Below are positions 9,418 through 18,898 of a stretch of DNA of 64,000 nucleotides, one piece after another. Source of the stretch: an uncultured Gammaproteobacteria bacterium (lineage in GTDB: Bacteria > Patescibacteriota > Patescibacteriia > Magasanikbacterales > GWA2-37-8); contig CAZHYJ010000002.1 in the NCBI GenBank assembly GCA_964536725.1, positions 27,219-91,218 on the forward strand, given 5' to 3'. Each line of letters opens with the position of its first letter. The stretch's first letter is position 1. The notes beneath the pieces are model-generated. The model saw only the letters and a program-made list of their open reading frames with translations. It made no database searches and was not told the origin of the DNA. The translations under genes were made by a program, and so were the position numbers.

Positions 9418-9915
9418 ATGAAAAAAACATTAGTAACTTTAACAATCGCTGGTTTGTTGCTCGCTGTATCTCCAGCGCTAGCCGATACTACAACTGCTTC
9501 CAACACTAGTACAGTTCGTGCGGAGAAAACTGCTTTAGTAGAACAATTAAAAAATTTAAGAAAAGAGTTAGGCGATAAGATTAAGGCCGCTCGTGATGCC
9601 GCTAAAACAAAGACAGAACAATTGCGTGCTGAAAATAAGGTTAAACAGACCGCTGTGTCCAATGCTTTGAAAGAAATGCAAGCTGCTAAAAAAGCTGCTT
9701 TAGAAGCGCGTAAGATTGCTTATAAAGCTGCTCAAGACAAATATTTAGCAGCTTTAAAAACTGCTTTGGAGGTTCGTAAAACTGAATACAAAAAAGCACA
9801 GGATACTTATTTGGCTGCTATAAAGGCTGCGCAAGATAAATACAATCAAACAAAAAATGTTGTTGCTTCGTCTACTGCTACCACCTCTACTCCAACTACC
9901 TCCACCACACCTTAA
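9418..9915 (+). CDS. Secreted repetitive coiled-coil protein with a Thr-rich C-terminal tail.
   Basis: Signal peptide MKKTLVTLTIAGLLLAVSPALA, then repeated AAQDKYLAALK-type heptads. Confidence 0.5.
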   Translation: MKKTLVTLTIAGLLLAVSPALADTTTASNTSTVRAEKTALVEQLKNLRKELGDKIKAARDAAKTKTEQLRAENKVKQTAVSNALKEMQAAKKAALEARKIAYKAAQDKYLAALKTALEVRKTEYKKAQDTYLAAIKAAQDKYNQTKNVVASSTATTSTPTTSTTP

Positions 9916-9964
9916 TAATTGGTTTTTAAAACTCTACCTTTTGATAGGGTGGAGTTTTTTTGGC

Positions 9965-10366
9965 TTAAATATTTTTGTCCAGTGTGTCGTTTACTAATCT
10001 GTCGGCCTCTTTATTTTTTGCACGTAGGACATGTTTGTAATTTACTTTTTGAAAGACAGCGGCAGCATTGTATGCCTGGATAAATAGTTTTTGTAGCGTT
10101 GCTTCACGTACTCGATATTCTTGTTTCATCTGTTTGGTAACGAGTTCGCTATCCAAAATACAATTTACCTCTGTTGCACCCAAACTCCTTGCTCTTTTTA
10201 ATCCCGATATTAATGCCATGTATTCGGCGTAGTTATTTGTTTGTTCTCCCAAATATTCACCGTAAGCGGCCAATATTTTACCCGCTTCGTCTTTTATAAC
10301 AACTCCTGTAGCCGCTGGTCCGGGATTTCCGCGCGCTCCACCATCGGTAAATATTGTTAATTTCAT
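9965..10366 (-). CDS. Ribonuclease HI family protein.
   Basis: TDGGARGNPGPAATG...TNNYAEYMALISGL catalytic motif pattern. Confidence 0.75.
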   Translation of the reverse strand: MKLTIFTDGGARGNPGPAATGVVIKDEAGKILAAYGEYLGEQTNNYAEYMALISGLKRARSLGATEVNCILDSELVTKQMKQEYRVREATLQKLFIQAYNAAAVFQKVNYKHVLRAKNKEADRLVNDTLDKNI

Positions 10367-10385
10367 AGTTCGTTTGGTAAGGTTA

Positions 10386-11756
10386 TTAATATTCTAATTG
10401 CCAGATCCCACTTTGTTTTGGTTGGTTGGTGGAATAATAAAATATCTTATTATTACCTTCAACTGCACTGCTGTTTATTTGTTTGTCTACCAAAGTATGC
10501 CCAACATCGTAGTAGGGGAAAAATATCGTGGCCTTGTCGCTCCAAATCAATGCTAGAGTGTTGTATTCGTCTAATGGCCAAACCTGGCGCAGCTGTTCTC
10601 CTGAACGATTAAGCAGTACCGGCTCATTGTTTTCGCTAAAAGAAATTAATTCCCATGGTGTCCAAATTAACCACCAAGAATTGTAGTTGGAGACAAGTGA
10701 ATGTTCGCCGTTAATAGTGAAGTATTTGTCGGAATTGACAAGGACCATTTCGTTGGTACCAGACTTTTTAATCAAAGCAGTATTTCCTTTTGCTGTTTGT
10801 AGTGACCAACTATTATTTTCAAGGTTAGTATTGTCTGATAAGGAAATTTTGGTAGTTATGTCTGTAGCAAATCCTAAAGTATCTTTGATTATTTTTATCT
10901 GTTTAGTGGTAGAATTAGTTTGCAGCGTCCATAGTGCGCCGTTTTCCACTGTCCAATCTAAGTATTTATTATCTGTCATCTTGATTATTTTCTGCGTGCT
11001 TGGTCGGGCAACAAATATTTTTTGGGTTGTACTGAAAATTAATTCTGGCTCAACTGTTACCTGCCACTCATATTGATTGATTTCTTTTTCGTCAGGGCTG
11101 GCGACCGACCATTGTTTTTGGTTTTCTGCATCAATTATTAATATGTCGTTACTGTTTTTTCTAGCCACTGCTAGGTAAGATAATTTTTTTGACCACCGTA
11201 ATTCAGGTATTTCTTTTCCAAGCAGTTTTAGAACAGCTTTTTCTGTCTGAGTATTGCGATCATACACCCAAATATTTTGTTCTGAATAATAGGCAAGGTA
11301 GCGTCCGTCAGCAGAGAGGGACAGATTGTCTCCCGAGCGATTTATTATCTTTTTTGGTTCGTTGTTTTTTAACAAGGATATTTCTTTGATGTAGGTGGTC
11401 TGTTTGTTTTTTACCTCGACCTCTTTCTGCCAATCATAATATCCCAAAGCAGTAATTTTGATCACGTATTTACGAGGAGTAATGTTGTTTAATCGTACTG
11501 GAACGCTTCCCTTAATTTCAATATCATTTAGAAAGACTTTGGCATTGGCTGGCTTAACATCAATGCTGATTGATCCGGTTTCGCGCAAGAGGCCGTTTTT
11601 CCAATCATAGCGATAGCCGGCAGCGAGCATAACGATAATGGGGAATAAAACAAAAAAGAGCACAAAACAAGCGATTAGCAGTGCGCGTCTCCATGGTTTA
11701 GTAAGATGACTACCAGGATATTCCATAATTGCCAAAAAGACATTTTTAAGATACAA
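10386..11756 (-). CDS. PEGA-domain membrane-anchored protein with a C-terminal beta-rich domain.
   Basis: N-terminal TM, then a PEGA-like segment ISIDVKPANAKVFLNDIEIKGSVPVRLNNITPRKYVIKITALGYYD. Confidence 0.45.
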   Translation of the reverse strand: MYLKNVFLAIMEYPGSHLTKPWRRALLIACFVLFFVLFPIIVMLAAGYRYDWKNGLLRETGSISIDVKPANAKVFLNDIEIKGSVPVRLNNITPRKYVIKITALGYYDWQKEVEVKNKQTTYIKEISLLKNNEPKKIINRSGDNLSLSADGRYLAYYSEQNIWVYDRNTQTEKAVLKLLGKEIPELRWSKKLSYLAVARKNSNDILIIDAENQKQWSVASPDEKEINQYEWQVTVEPELIFSTTQKIFVARPSTQKIIKMTDNKYLDWTVENGALWTLQTNSTTKQIKIIKDTLGFATDITTKISLSDNTNLENNSWSLQTAKGNTALIKKSGTNEMVLVNSDKYFTINGEHSLVSNYNSWWLIWTPWELISFSENNEPVLLNRSGEQLRQVWPLDEYNTLALIWSDKATIFFPYYDVGHTLVDKQINSSAVEGNNKIFYYSTNQPKQSGIWQLEY

Positions 11757-11791
11757 TTACTATAATTTAAAACCTAAGATAAGTCAATTTT

Positions 11792-13096
11792 ATGCCATAT
11801 TTATCCATTCACGGTGGAAAGAAATTATCTGGTAGTATTACTAATCAAACCGCCAAGAATTCCGCTCTGGCTATTATTTGTGCCAGTTTGATGATTAAAG
11901 GAAAAACTACCATGGTTGATCTTCCGGAAATTGAGGAGGTAAAGCGCATGTTAGAGCTACTATCCAGTATTGGCGTTGTTTGTACTTGGCAAGGGAATGG
12001 TAAATTGACTATTGATGCCTCACGACCACTGCAGATGGAAAAAATGGATCGGGTGGCTGCAGAAAAGATGCGTTCTTCTTTGTTTTTGTTTGGTGCATTA
12101 GCGGCGCGAGAGAAAGATTACAAACTATACAAATCGGGTGGTTGTAAATTAGGGGCACGGACAATTCGCCCACATCTTTTTGCGTTGGAAAAAATAGGTG
12201 TACAAGTAGAATCGAAAGAACATTTTTATCAAGTAAATAACAGTCCGTTAAAGTCGGCTGATATTGTGATGTATGAATCGGGTGATACGTCAACAGAAAA
12301 TGCGATCATGGCGGCAGTGTTGGCTACTGGTGTAACAACGATTAAAATGGCGTCTTCAAATTACATGGTACAAGACCTGTGTTACTTCTTGTTGAAAGCT
12401 GGGGCAAAGATAAAGGGGGTAGGCACTACTACTTTAATAATCACCGGAGTTAAATCACTAAGGCCAGTAAAAAATTATCCGATAATTCCAGATCCGATTG
12501 TAGCGATGACATATTTAGCAGTAGCGATTACTACAGAATCGCGTTTAACAATAAAAAATTGTCCACTAGATTTTCTCGAATTAGAATTGTGCAAATTAGA
12601 AGTGATGGGACAAAAATATGAATTGAAAAACAAGCGAAAGAGCAAAAATGGCAAGTTTGTAATTGTGGATATTGAAACTACGCCCAGTCGTCTAATTGCT
12701 TTACCAGACAAAATTGAAGGTCGGCCTTTCCCAGGGTTAAATATCGACAATTTACCTTTGTTTGCGCCGATTTTGGCTCGTGCTGAGGGGCGGACGCTGA
12801 TGCATGATTGGGCCTATGAAAATCGGGCAAATTATCTATTAGATTTACAAAAATTGGGAGTAAAAGTTACTTTGTTGGATCCGCATCGTGTGTGGATTGA
12901 AGGGCCTACCAAGTTTGTTTCCAATGAAATGGTCGCGCCGCCAGCATTGCGTCCAGCGGTAAATGTACTTGTTTGTATGTTGGCAGCTAATGGACATTCG
13001 ATTTTACATAACCCTTATGAGATTGACCGAGGTTATGAGAATATTTATGAAAACTTAAACCGCGTTGGTGCGGATATTAAAATAGTAAAAGAATAA
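11792..13096 (+). CDS. murA: UDP-N-acetylglucosamine 1-carboxyvinyltransferase MurA.
   Basis: EPSP-synthase-family architecture with N-terminus IHGGKKLSGSITNQTAKNSALAIICASLM. Confidence 0.8.
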   Translation: MPYLSIHGGKKLSGSITNQTAKNSALAIICASLMIKGKTTMVDLPEIEEVKRMLELLSSIGVVCTWQGNGKLTIDASRPLQMEKMDRVAAEKMRSSLFLFGALAAREKDYKLYKSGGCKLGARTIRPHLFALEKIGVQVESKEHFYQVNNSPLKSADIVMYESGDTSTENAIMAAVLATGVTTIKMASSNYMVQDLCYFLLKAGAKIKGVGTTTLIITGVKSLRPVKNYPIIPDPIVAMTYLAVAITTESRLTIKNCPLDFLELELCKLEVMGQKYELKNKRKSKNGKFVIVDIETTPSRLIALPDKIEGRPFPGLNIDNLPLFAPILARAEGRTLMHDWAYENRANYLLDLQKLGVKVTLLDPHRVWIEGPTKFVSNEMVAPPALRPAVNVLVCMLAANGHSILHNPYEIDRGYENIYENLNRVGADIKIVKE

Positions 13097-13099
13097 ACT

Positions 13100-14353
13100 A
13101 TGTTGGAAAACAACTCTTCTCCTCAAAGGTCACGTGCGAAGAAGTACGCCGGATTTTATCTTGGGGTAATTTTGTTTATCATTGCTTTCGGTTTGGGGAT
13201 ATTGGCCGGTCAACGCATGGCAATGAAAAACAATCCTCAACAAATCGCTGGTGAAGCGGGAATTTCCAAAGTGTTAAATCTCTATTCAGCTAGTCGCAAA
13301 GTGGACAGTGTTGATTTTGAACAGTTTTGGAAAGTTTGGGACGAAGTGAAGGAGAAATACTACAAACAGCCGGTAAGCGATTCTGATCTTTTTTATGGCG
13401 CAATTCAGGGTATGGTCTATGCGCTTAATGATCCATACTCAATGTATTTACCCCCGACTGCAGCGGCAGATTTTATGAAAAGTTTATCAGGAGAATTCAG
13501 TGGTATTGGTGCTGAAATTGGTGTAAAAAATAATCAATTGGTAGTGGTTGCGCCGATAGCAAACACGCCAGCAGCCAAAGCAGGGCTTCGACCAGGAGAT
13601 AAAATTTTGGCAATTGATAAAATAGATACTGCCGGAATGGATGCTAGCGCTGCAGTAGAAAAAATTCGTGGTGAGGCCGGTACAACGGTTGTTCTGACAA
13701 TTTCACGAGATGGCTGGACTAAAGCAGAAGAAATTAGTATTGTGCGTGCCAAGATTAGTGTGCCAGCAGTCTCGTGGGAAGAAAAACCTGGGAGCGTAGC
13801 CTATGTTCGTATTATGCAGTTCAACGATGATACGACGCCGATGTTTACTAAAGCAGTTAAACAGATAAAAAACAAAGGGATAAATAAGATGATTTTGGAC
13901 TTGCGCAACAATCCAGGAGGATATTTAGATGGTGCGATTGAGATGGTAAGTGAATGGGTTTCAGAAGGGAAAATTGTTAGTGAAAAATTTAGCGATGGTA
14001 AAATGAATGATCAAATGGCTTTGGGAAATCCAAAATTGGGTGGGTTTAAGACGATAGTTTTAGTTAATGGGGGTTCAGCCTCAGCGTCGGAAATTGTTGC
14101 TGGTGCTTTGCAAGATTATCAGAAAGCAACAATAGTTGGCGAGAAAACATTTGGCAAAGGATCGGTTCAAGATTACGAACCATTTTCTGATGGCTCTGCG
14201 TTAAAAATTACTGTGGCTGCATGGTATACGCCCAAAGGAAAATGTATTAATGAACTGGGGATCACGCCGGATGTGGAAGTAAAAGAAGATTGGTCCAAGG
14301 AAGATGTTGGTGTTGATAAGATGGTTGATAAGGCGTTGGAGCTACTTAAGTAA
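13100..14353 (+). CDS. ctpA: Carboxyl-terminal processing protease (S41, PDZ domain).
   Basis: GIGAEIG, PDZ segment (AKAGLRPGDKILAIDKIDT), and the catalytic region with ILVNGGSASASEIVAGALQD. Confidence 0.8.
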   Translation: MLENNSSPQRSRAKKYAGFYLGVILFIIAFGLGILAGQRMAMKNNPQQIAGEAGISKVLNLYSASRKVDSVDFEQFWKVWDEVKEKYYKQPVSDSDLFYGAIQGMVYALNDPYSMYLPPTAAADFMKSLSGEFSGIGAEIGVKNNQLVVVAPIANTPAAKAGLRPGDKILAIDKIDTAGMDASAAVEKIRGEAGTTVVLTISRDGWTKAEEISIVRAKISVPAVSWEEKPGSVAYVRIMQFNDDTTPMFTKAVKQIKNKGINKMILDLRNNPGGYLDGAIEMVSEWVSEGKIVSEKFSDGKMNDQMALGNPKLGGFKTIVLVNGGSASASEIVAGALQDYQKATIVGEKTFGKGSVQDYEPFSDGSALKITVAAWYTPKGKCINELGITPDVEVKEDWSKEDVGVDKMVDKALELLK

Positions 14354-14365
14354 TTAATCAAAAAA

Positions 14366-14395
14366 ATATTCTCGATTAAGTCGGGAATATTTTTT
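14366..14395. terminator. Bidirectional terminator, AATATTCTCGA-ttaag-TCGGGAATATT plus T8.
   Basis: Hairpin between the convergent ctpA and era genes. Member of the CCGA-TTAAG-TCGG family. Confidence 0.6.
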
Positions 14396-14403
14396 TTGAG
14401 TTT

Positions 14404-15297
14404 TTAAATTCTTTCCTGCCAATGTTTGTCCGTTTCTACTTCTAATTCGAGGAAGACTTTTTTGTTCATAGCGGTGGACAATTCTTTCCTTGCGGCAATG
14501 CCGATTTCTTTAATGGCCCGACCACCGGCACCGATAATCATACTCTTGTAACGACTATCATTGGTATAGATCGTGGCCTTGATTACTATCACATCTCCCT
14601 TGTCTTCTAAGCTACCCACTTCGACATGTACAGAGTAAGGCACCTCTTGGCGTAAAGCCAAAAGAATTTTTTCGCGAATTATTTCTGCCGCCCAAAAATT
14701 TTTGTCGATATTGGTGATTTGATTGTCTAAATACAGTTCGCCACCTTCTGGTAAAAGTTCAAGTACCTTTTGGCGTAATGGTTCAACGTGGCGATCGAGT
14801 AGGGCAGACAATTCGAGGGTGGCGACAAAGCCTTCATCGAGAGCTTTGTAATCATCGAGATATAGTTTTTGTTTTTCTGGTAAGTCGGATTTGTTTATCA
14901 CCAAAATTTTTGGTGCTTTAAGTTTTCGAAGTAATGCCAAGATATATCGCTCCTCAACTCCGATTGATTTGGTTGGGTCGACGACATAAATCGCGACATC
15001 TACATCTTGTACTGCCTCTTTTACCCGTTCTTCCAATTTGCCATTGATGGAACTGTGTCCACCTTTAAAAACACCAGGGGTATCGATAAAAACAGCCTGG
15101 CCTTCTGGTCGGTTTAGTACCCCGTGTATAATGGTTCTGGTAGTCTGGGGCTTGTGCGTCACCGCCGCCACTTTCGTACCTATCAGGGAGTTTAAAAGAG
15201 TGGATTTACCCACATTAGAACGGCCGATTAGAGTAACAAAACCGGACTTAAACGGGGCTTTTTCTTCTGTTTTTTGCATATAGAATTTAGTTGTCAA
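14404..15297 (-). CDS. era: GTPase Era.
   Basis: G1 (GRSNVGKST), G-domain motifs, and a C-terminal KH domain. Confidence 0.9.
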   Translation of the reverse strand: MTTKFYMQKTEEKAPFKSGFVTLIGRSNVGKSTLLNSLIGTKVAAVTHKPQTTRTIIHGVLNRPEGQAVFIDTPGVFKGGHSSINGKLEERVKEAVQDVDVAIYVVDPTKSIGVEERYILALLRKLKAPKILVINKSDLPEKQKLYLDDYKALDEGFVATLELSALLDRHVEPLRQKVLELLPEGGELYLDNQITNIDKNFWAAEIIREKILLALRQEVPYSVHVEVGSLEDKGDVIVIKATIYTNDSRYKSMIIGAGGRAIKEIGIAARKELSTAMNKKVFLELEVETDKHWQERI

Positions 15298-15356
15298 AAT
15301 ATTGCTTAGATGCTATACTAACATAAATAGCATAAAAATCAAGCTAAGGACTATTT

Positions 15357-15794
15357 ATGAAGGTTATTTTACTACAAAAAGTACCAGGAATCGGGGACGT
15401 AGATGAGCTAAAAGAAGTGGCCGATGGCTATGCTCGTAATTTTTTGTTCCCCCACCATTTGGCGGTTCAAGCGTCTGTTTCGGCTGTTGCTCAAGTAAGC
15501 GCACACAAGAAAAAACTGATGAAGGACGCAGAAAATGATTTACAAGAACAACAGTCATTGGCGGATCGATTGGACGGAATGGTGATAGAGATAAAAGAAA
15601 AAGCTAGTGACAAAGGATTGTTGTATGCAGCGGTCGGTCCGCAGCGGCTAGTAGACGAACTGAAAAAGCGCGGTGTGGTCATTTTAAAAACGCAAATTGT
15701 GATGAAACCAATCAAAGAAGCTGGTGAATTTCAGGCCACCGTTCGTTTGCGTCATGGTTTAGAAGCTAACGTTAATATCATTGTCTCCGCTTAA
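15357..15794 (+). CDS. rplI: 50S ribosomal protein L9.
   Basis: [32 protein letters not shown]. Promoter TTGTCA-17-TATACT upstream. Confidence 0.9.
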   Translation: MKVILLQKVPGIGDVDELKEVADGYARNFLFPHHLAVQASVSAVAQVSAHKKKLMKDAENDLQEQQSLADRLDGMVIEIKEKASDKGLLYAAVGPQRLVDELKKRGVVILKTQIVMKPIKEAGEFQATVRLRHGLEANVNIIVSA

Positions 15795-15872
15795 CACTAC
15801 CTGCCCCTACATTGGCAGGTTTTTTATGTTTTAATTTTGTGATATAATCCTTACGTAATTTTAAATTAAATT

Positions 15873-17495
15873 ATGCAGACAAAATATATCTTTGTTTTGG
15901 GAGGGGTGTTGTCAGGAGTGGGTAAGGGGGTAACGAGCGCGTCAGTTGGTCGCATGTTTAAAAACCGTGGTTACAATGTGTCGGCGATTAAAATTGATCC
16001 ATATATCAATGTGGATGCGGGCACAATGAATCCAGTAGAGCATGGCGAAGTATTTGTGACTGACGACGGTGACGAGACCGACCAGGACATTGGTAACTAT
16101 GAAAGATTTTTGAATACTGATATTTTGTCTTTGAACTACATGACAACTGGTCGTATCTATCAGACTGTGATTGAAAAGGAGCGAAGTATGTATTACAAAG
16201 GTAAGTGTGTACAAGTGGTACCACATATCCCACTGGAAATTATTAGTCGGATTAAAAAGGCTGCTGAACATGCAAAGTGTGACATAATGATTGTGGAAGT
16301 TGGTGGTACGGTGGGGGAATATGAAAACATTCTGTTCTTGGAGGCGGCGCGCATGATGAAGTTGGACAATCCGGATGATGTAGCTTTTGTCTTGGTAAGT
16401 TACATGCCAGTTCCAGGACATTTAGGTGAGATGAAAACCAAGCCTACTCAACACGCCGCTCGGGCTTTGAATAACTGCGGTATCCAACCGGATTTCATTG
16501 TGGCGCGTGGAAAAGAAGCGTTAGACAAACCGCGTCGAGAAAAACTTGCTTTCTTCTGTTGGTTGCGTTCAGAAGATGATGTGATTTCCGCACCAGATAT
16601 CGATAGCATCTATGATTTGCCCAATGTTTTTGAAAAACAAAATTTTGCAGCACAGATAGCGAAGAAATTGCATTTTAAATCTAAACCGAAGGTAGATAAC
16701 GCTTGGGACAAATATGCTAACAAGATTAAAACTGTTGGTCGGGTGGTAAAGGTGGCGGTGGTAGGAAAATATTTCGGTACAGGAAAATATACGTTGGCGG
16801 ATTCATATATTTCGGTGATTGAAGCGGTTAAACATGCGGCCGCTAATAGTAGTGTGGTTGTTGAGTTGACTTGGATTGATGCGGAGGAATATGAAAGTAA
16901 CGCCACCAAGGTAAAAGAATTAAAAGACTTTAACGCGATCATCGTCCCTGGTGGTTTTGGTGGTCGGGGAGTGGAGGGGATTATTACCGCAATTCGTTTT
17001 GCACGGGAAAACAAAATTCCGTATTTAGGTTTGTGCTATGGCATGCAATTGGCAACCATCGAATTTGCACGTAATGTTTTGGGGTTAAAGGACGCGAATA
17101 CTGAGGAGATTAATCCGAAGAGTGAAAACCTGATAATCCGTACATCACCTAATCAGGTAGAGAACGTCAAAAACAATCGCTATGGTGGCACAATGCGTTT
17201 GGGGGCGTATAACTGTGATTTGAGAAAGGGTTCCAAAGCCCAAGCAGCTTATCGTGCCGACCAGATCAGCGAACGCCATCGCCATCGCTATGAGTTTAAC
17301 AACGAATACATTAAACCGATGGAAGAAAAAGGGTTGCTGGTGTCAGGAATGAATCCAGAGAGAAATTTGGTGGAGATAATAGAATTGGAAGATCATCCAT
17401 ATTTTATCGGCTCACAGTTTCATCCAGAATTTAAATCTCGTCCGCTCAGTCCGCACCCATTGTTTGTGGGGTTGATAAAGGCGGCGTTGAAATAA
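15873..17495 (+). CDS. pyrG: CTP synthase.
   Basis: N-terminal KYIFVLGGVLSGVGKGVTSAS, C-terminal GATase domain (GLCYGMQ), full length. Confidence 0.95.
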   Translation: MQTKYIFVLGGVLSGVGKGVTSASVGRMFKNRGYNVSAIKIDPYINVDAGTMNPVEHGEVFVTDDGDETDQDIGNYERFLNTDILSLNYMTTGRIYQTVIEKERSMYYKGKCVQVVPHIPLEIISRIKKAAEHAKCDIMIVEVGGTVGEYENILFLEAARMMKLDNPDDVAFVLVSYMPVPGHLGEMKTKPTQHAARALNNCGIQPDFIVARGKEALDKPRREKLAFFCWLRSEDDVISAPDIDSIYDLPNVFEKQNFAAQIAKKLHFKSKPKVDNAWDKYANKIKTVGRVVKVAVVGKYFGTGKYTLADSYISVIEAVKHAAANSSVVVELTWIDAEEYESNATKVKELKDFNAIIVPGGFGGRGVEGIITAIRFARENKIPYLGLCYGMQLATIEFARNVLGLKDANTEEINPKSENLIIRTSPNQVENVKNNRYGGTMRLGAYNCDLRKGSKAQAAYRADQISERHRHRYEFNNEYIKPMEEKGLLVSGMNPERNLVEIIELEDHPYFIGSQFHPEFKSRPLSPHPLFVGLIKAALK

Positions 17496-17500
17496 AAATA

Positions 17501-17531
17501 TTTAAAAACTCTCGATTATTTCGAGAGTTTT
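17501..17531. terminator. Bidirectional terminator, AACTCTCGA-ttatt-TCGAGAGTT plus Ts.
   Basis: Perfect 9-bp stem between convergent genes. Confidence 0.6.
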
Positions 17532-18878
17532 TTATCGTCCTTTTAATCCGAGGATAATATTGATTGTGCGCAAGATGATTGCTATATCCAAGAGTGGTGA
17601 GCGATTTTTAATATAGTAGAGATCGTATTCCAACTTGCGGAGATTTTCATCGACGGTGCCGTAATAGTTGTGTTGTAATTGTGCCCAACCAGTTAGGCCG
17701 GGTTTTACTAAATGTCTGATCGCGTAAAAAGGCATCGCCTGAGTGAGAGTGTTAACAAACTCTGGTCGCTCTGGCCGGGGGCCAATCAAAGTCATCTCAC
17801 CTTTAAAGATATTAATTAATTGGGGTATTTCATCTAGACGTGTTAGGCGCAAAAATTTTCCAACAGCAGTAATGCGGTTGTCTTTTTGTTCAGCATATTG
17901 TGGTCCAGCGGTTTCGGCGCTACCGTCAGCGTTTAATACTTTCATTGAGCGGTATTTGTATATTTTAAAAATCTTTCCATCACGTCCAATGCGATCTTGG
18001 GAGTAAAAAATCGAACCAGATGAACCGAGTTTAATTGCTAAAGCAATTATCGGAAAAGTAATGATAAAAAATATGGACATTACCGCGGCAGCTAAATAAT
18101 CTAAAATTAATTTTGCGCGGTCGTAAATCTTTTTATTTTGTTCTTGCAAGTTGGTTAAGAACCAAGTCTCCGACAAAACAAAAGGGGGGACGCGTTTGAT
18201 TATTTTTTCATAAAATTCTGCCAAAGTTTCAATTTGAGCTCGACGGAAAAGATTTTTGTAAAGATGTCTGGTCAGTGCTGGGTCAGCCTCAAAAGCCGGT
18301 GCTACGACCATAACGTCAAATGGGGGTAGCTCTTCTGGGTTTTTGTATTGTGTGATACCAGTAGGGAGATTTTCGGTGTTAGGAGAAAACACTCCGGTTA
18401 TCTTGTATCCAAACTGCGGTCGCTTAATTAAAAAATCAATCAATTCTTTTGTTTCAGGAGTGACGCCAGCAAATGCAATGATTGCTTTCCAGATTGTGGT
18501 AGACAGCAGTCGGTTATATATCGTTCGCCAGATGGCGATAAAAATGAAACCAATGAGTCCAGTTAGCGCCAAAATTGTTCGAGGTGAGGCGGTGGCTTTG
18601 ATGTTTAAATAGAAAAAGATAATACCGGTGACAATCCAGATGCAGACCGCCAAAGTTAATTTACCATACATCTCTGCTTTGTTTTTCAAGCGGGTGACAT
18701 CGTAAAGACCGGTGACAAACATGATGATGGTGGCAAAAAAGAACAACACGGTCATCGGTGAGATGATACCGAGCAGATTATCTAGGTGGCCTTGGCGTAC
18801 AGTTAGGGCCACAAAAAGACCAAGGTAAAGACAAACCAGGTCACCGCCCAAGAGGGTTAGTTGTTTCAATCTGTACAC
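17532..18878 (-). CDS. Polyprenyl-phosphate sugar-1-phosphate transferase (bacterial sugar transferase, WbaP/EpsL-like).
   Basis: Four N-terminal TMs and a C-terminal Bac_transf domain with DEIPQLINIFKGEMTLIGPRP. Confidence 0.8.
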   Translation of the reverse strand: MYRLKQLTLLGGDLVCLYLGLFVALTVRQGHLDNLLGIISPMTVLFFFATIIMFVTGLYDVTRLKNKAEMYGKLTLAVCIWIVTGIIFFYLNIKATASPRTILALTGLIGFIFIAIWRTIYNRLLSTTIWKAIIAFAGVTPETKELIDFLIKRPQFGYKITGVFSPNTENLPTGITQYKNPEELPPFDVMVVAPAFEADPALTRHLYKNLFRRAQIETLAEFYEKIIKRVPPFVLSETWFLTNLQEQNKKIYDRAKLILDYLAAAVMSIFFIITFPIIALAIKLGSSGSIFYSQDRIGRDGKIFKIYKYRSMKVLNADGSAETAGPQYAEQKDNRITAVGKFLRLTRLDEIPQLINIFKGEMTLIGPRPERPEFVNTLTQAMPFYAIRHLVKPGLTGWAQLQHNYYGTVDENLRKLEYDLYYIKNRSPLLDIAIILRTINIILGLKGR

Positions 18879-18898
18879 AAATTTGATATAATAGATGT

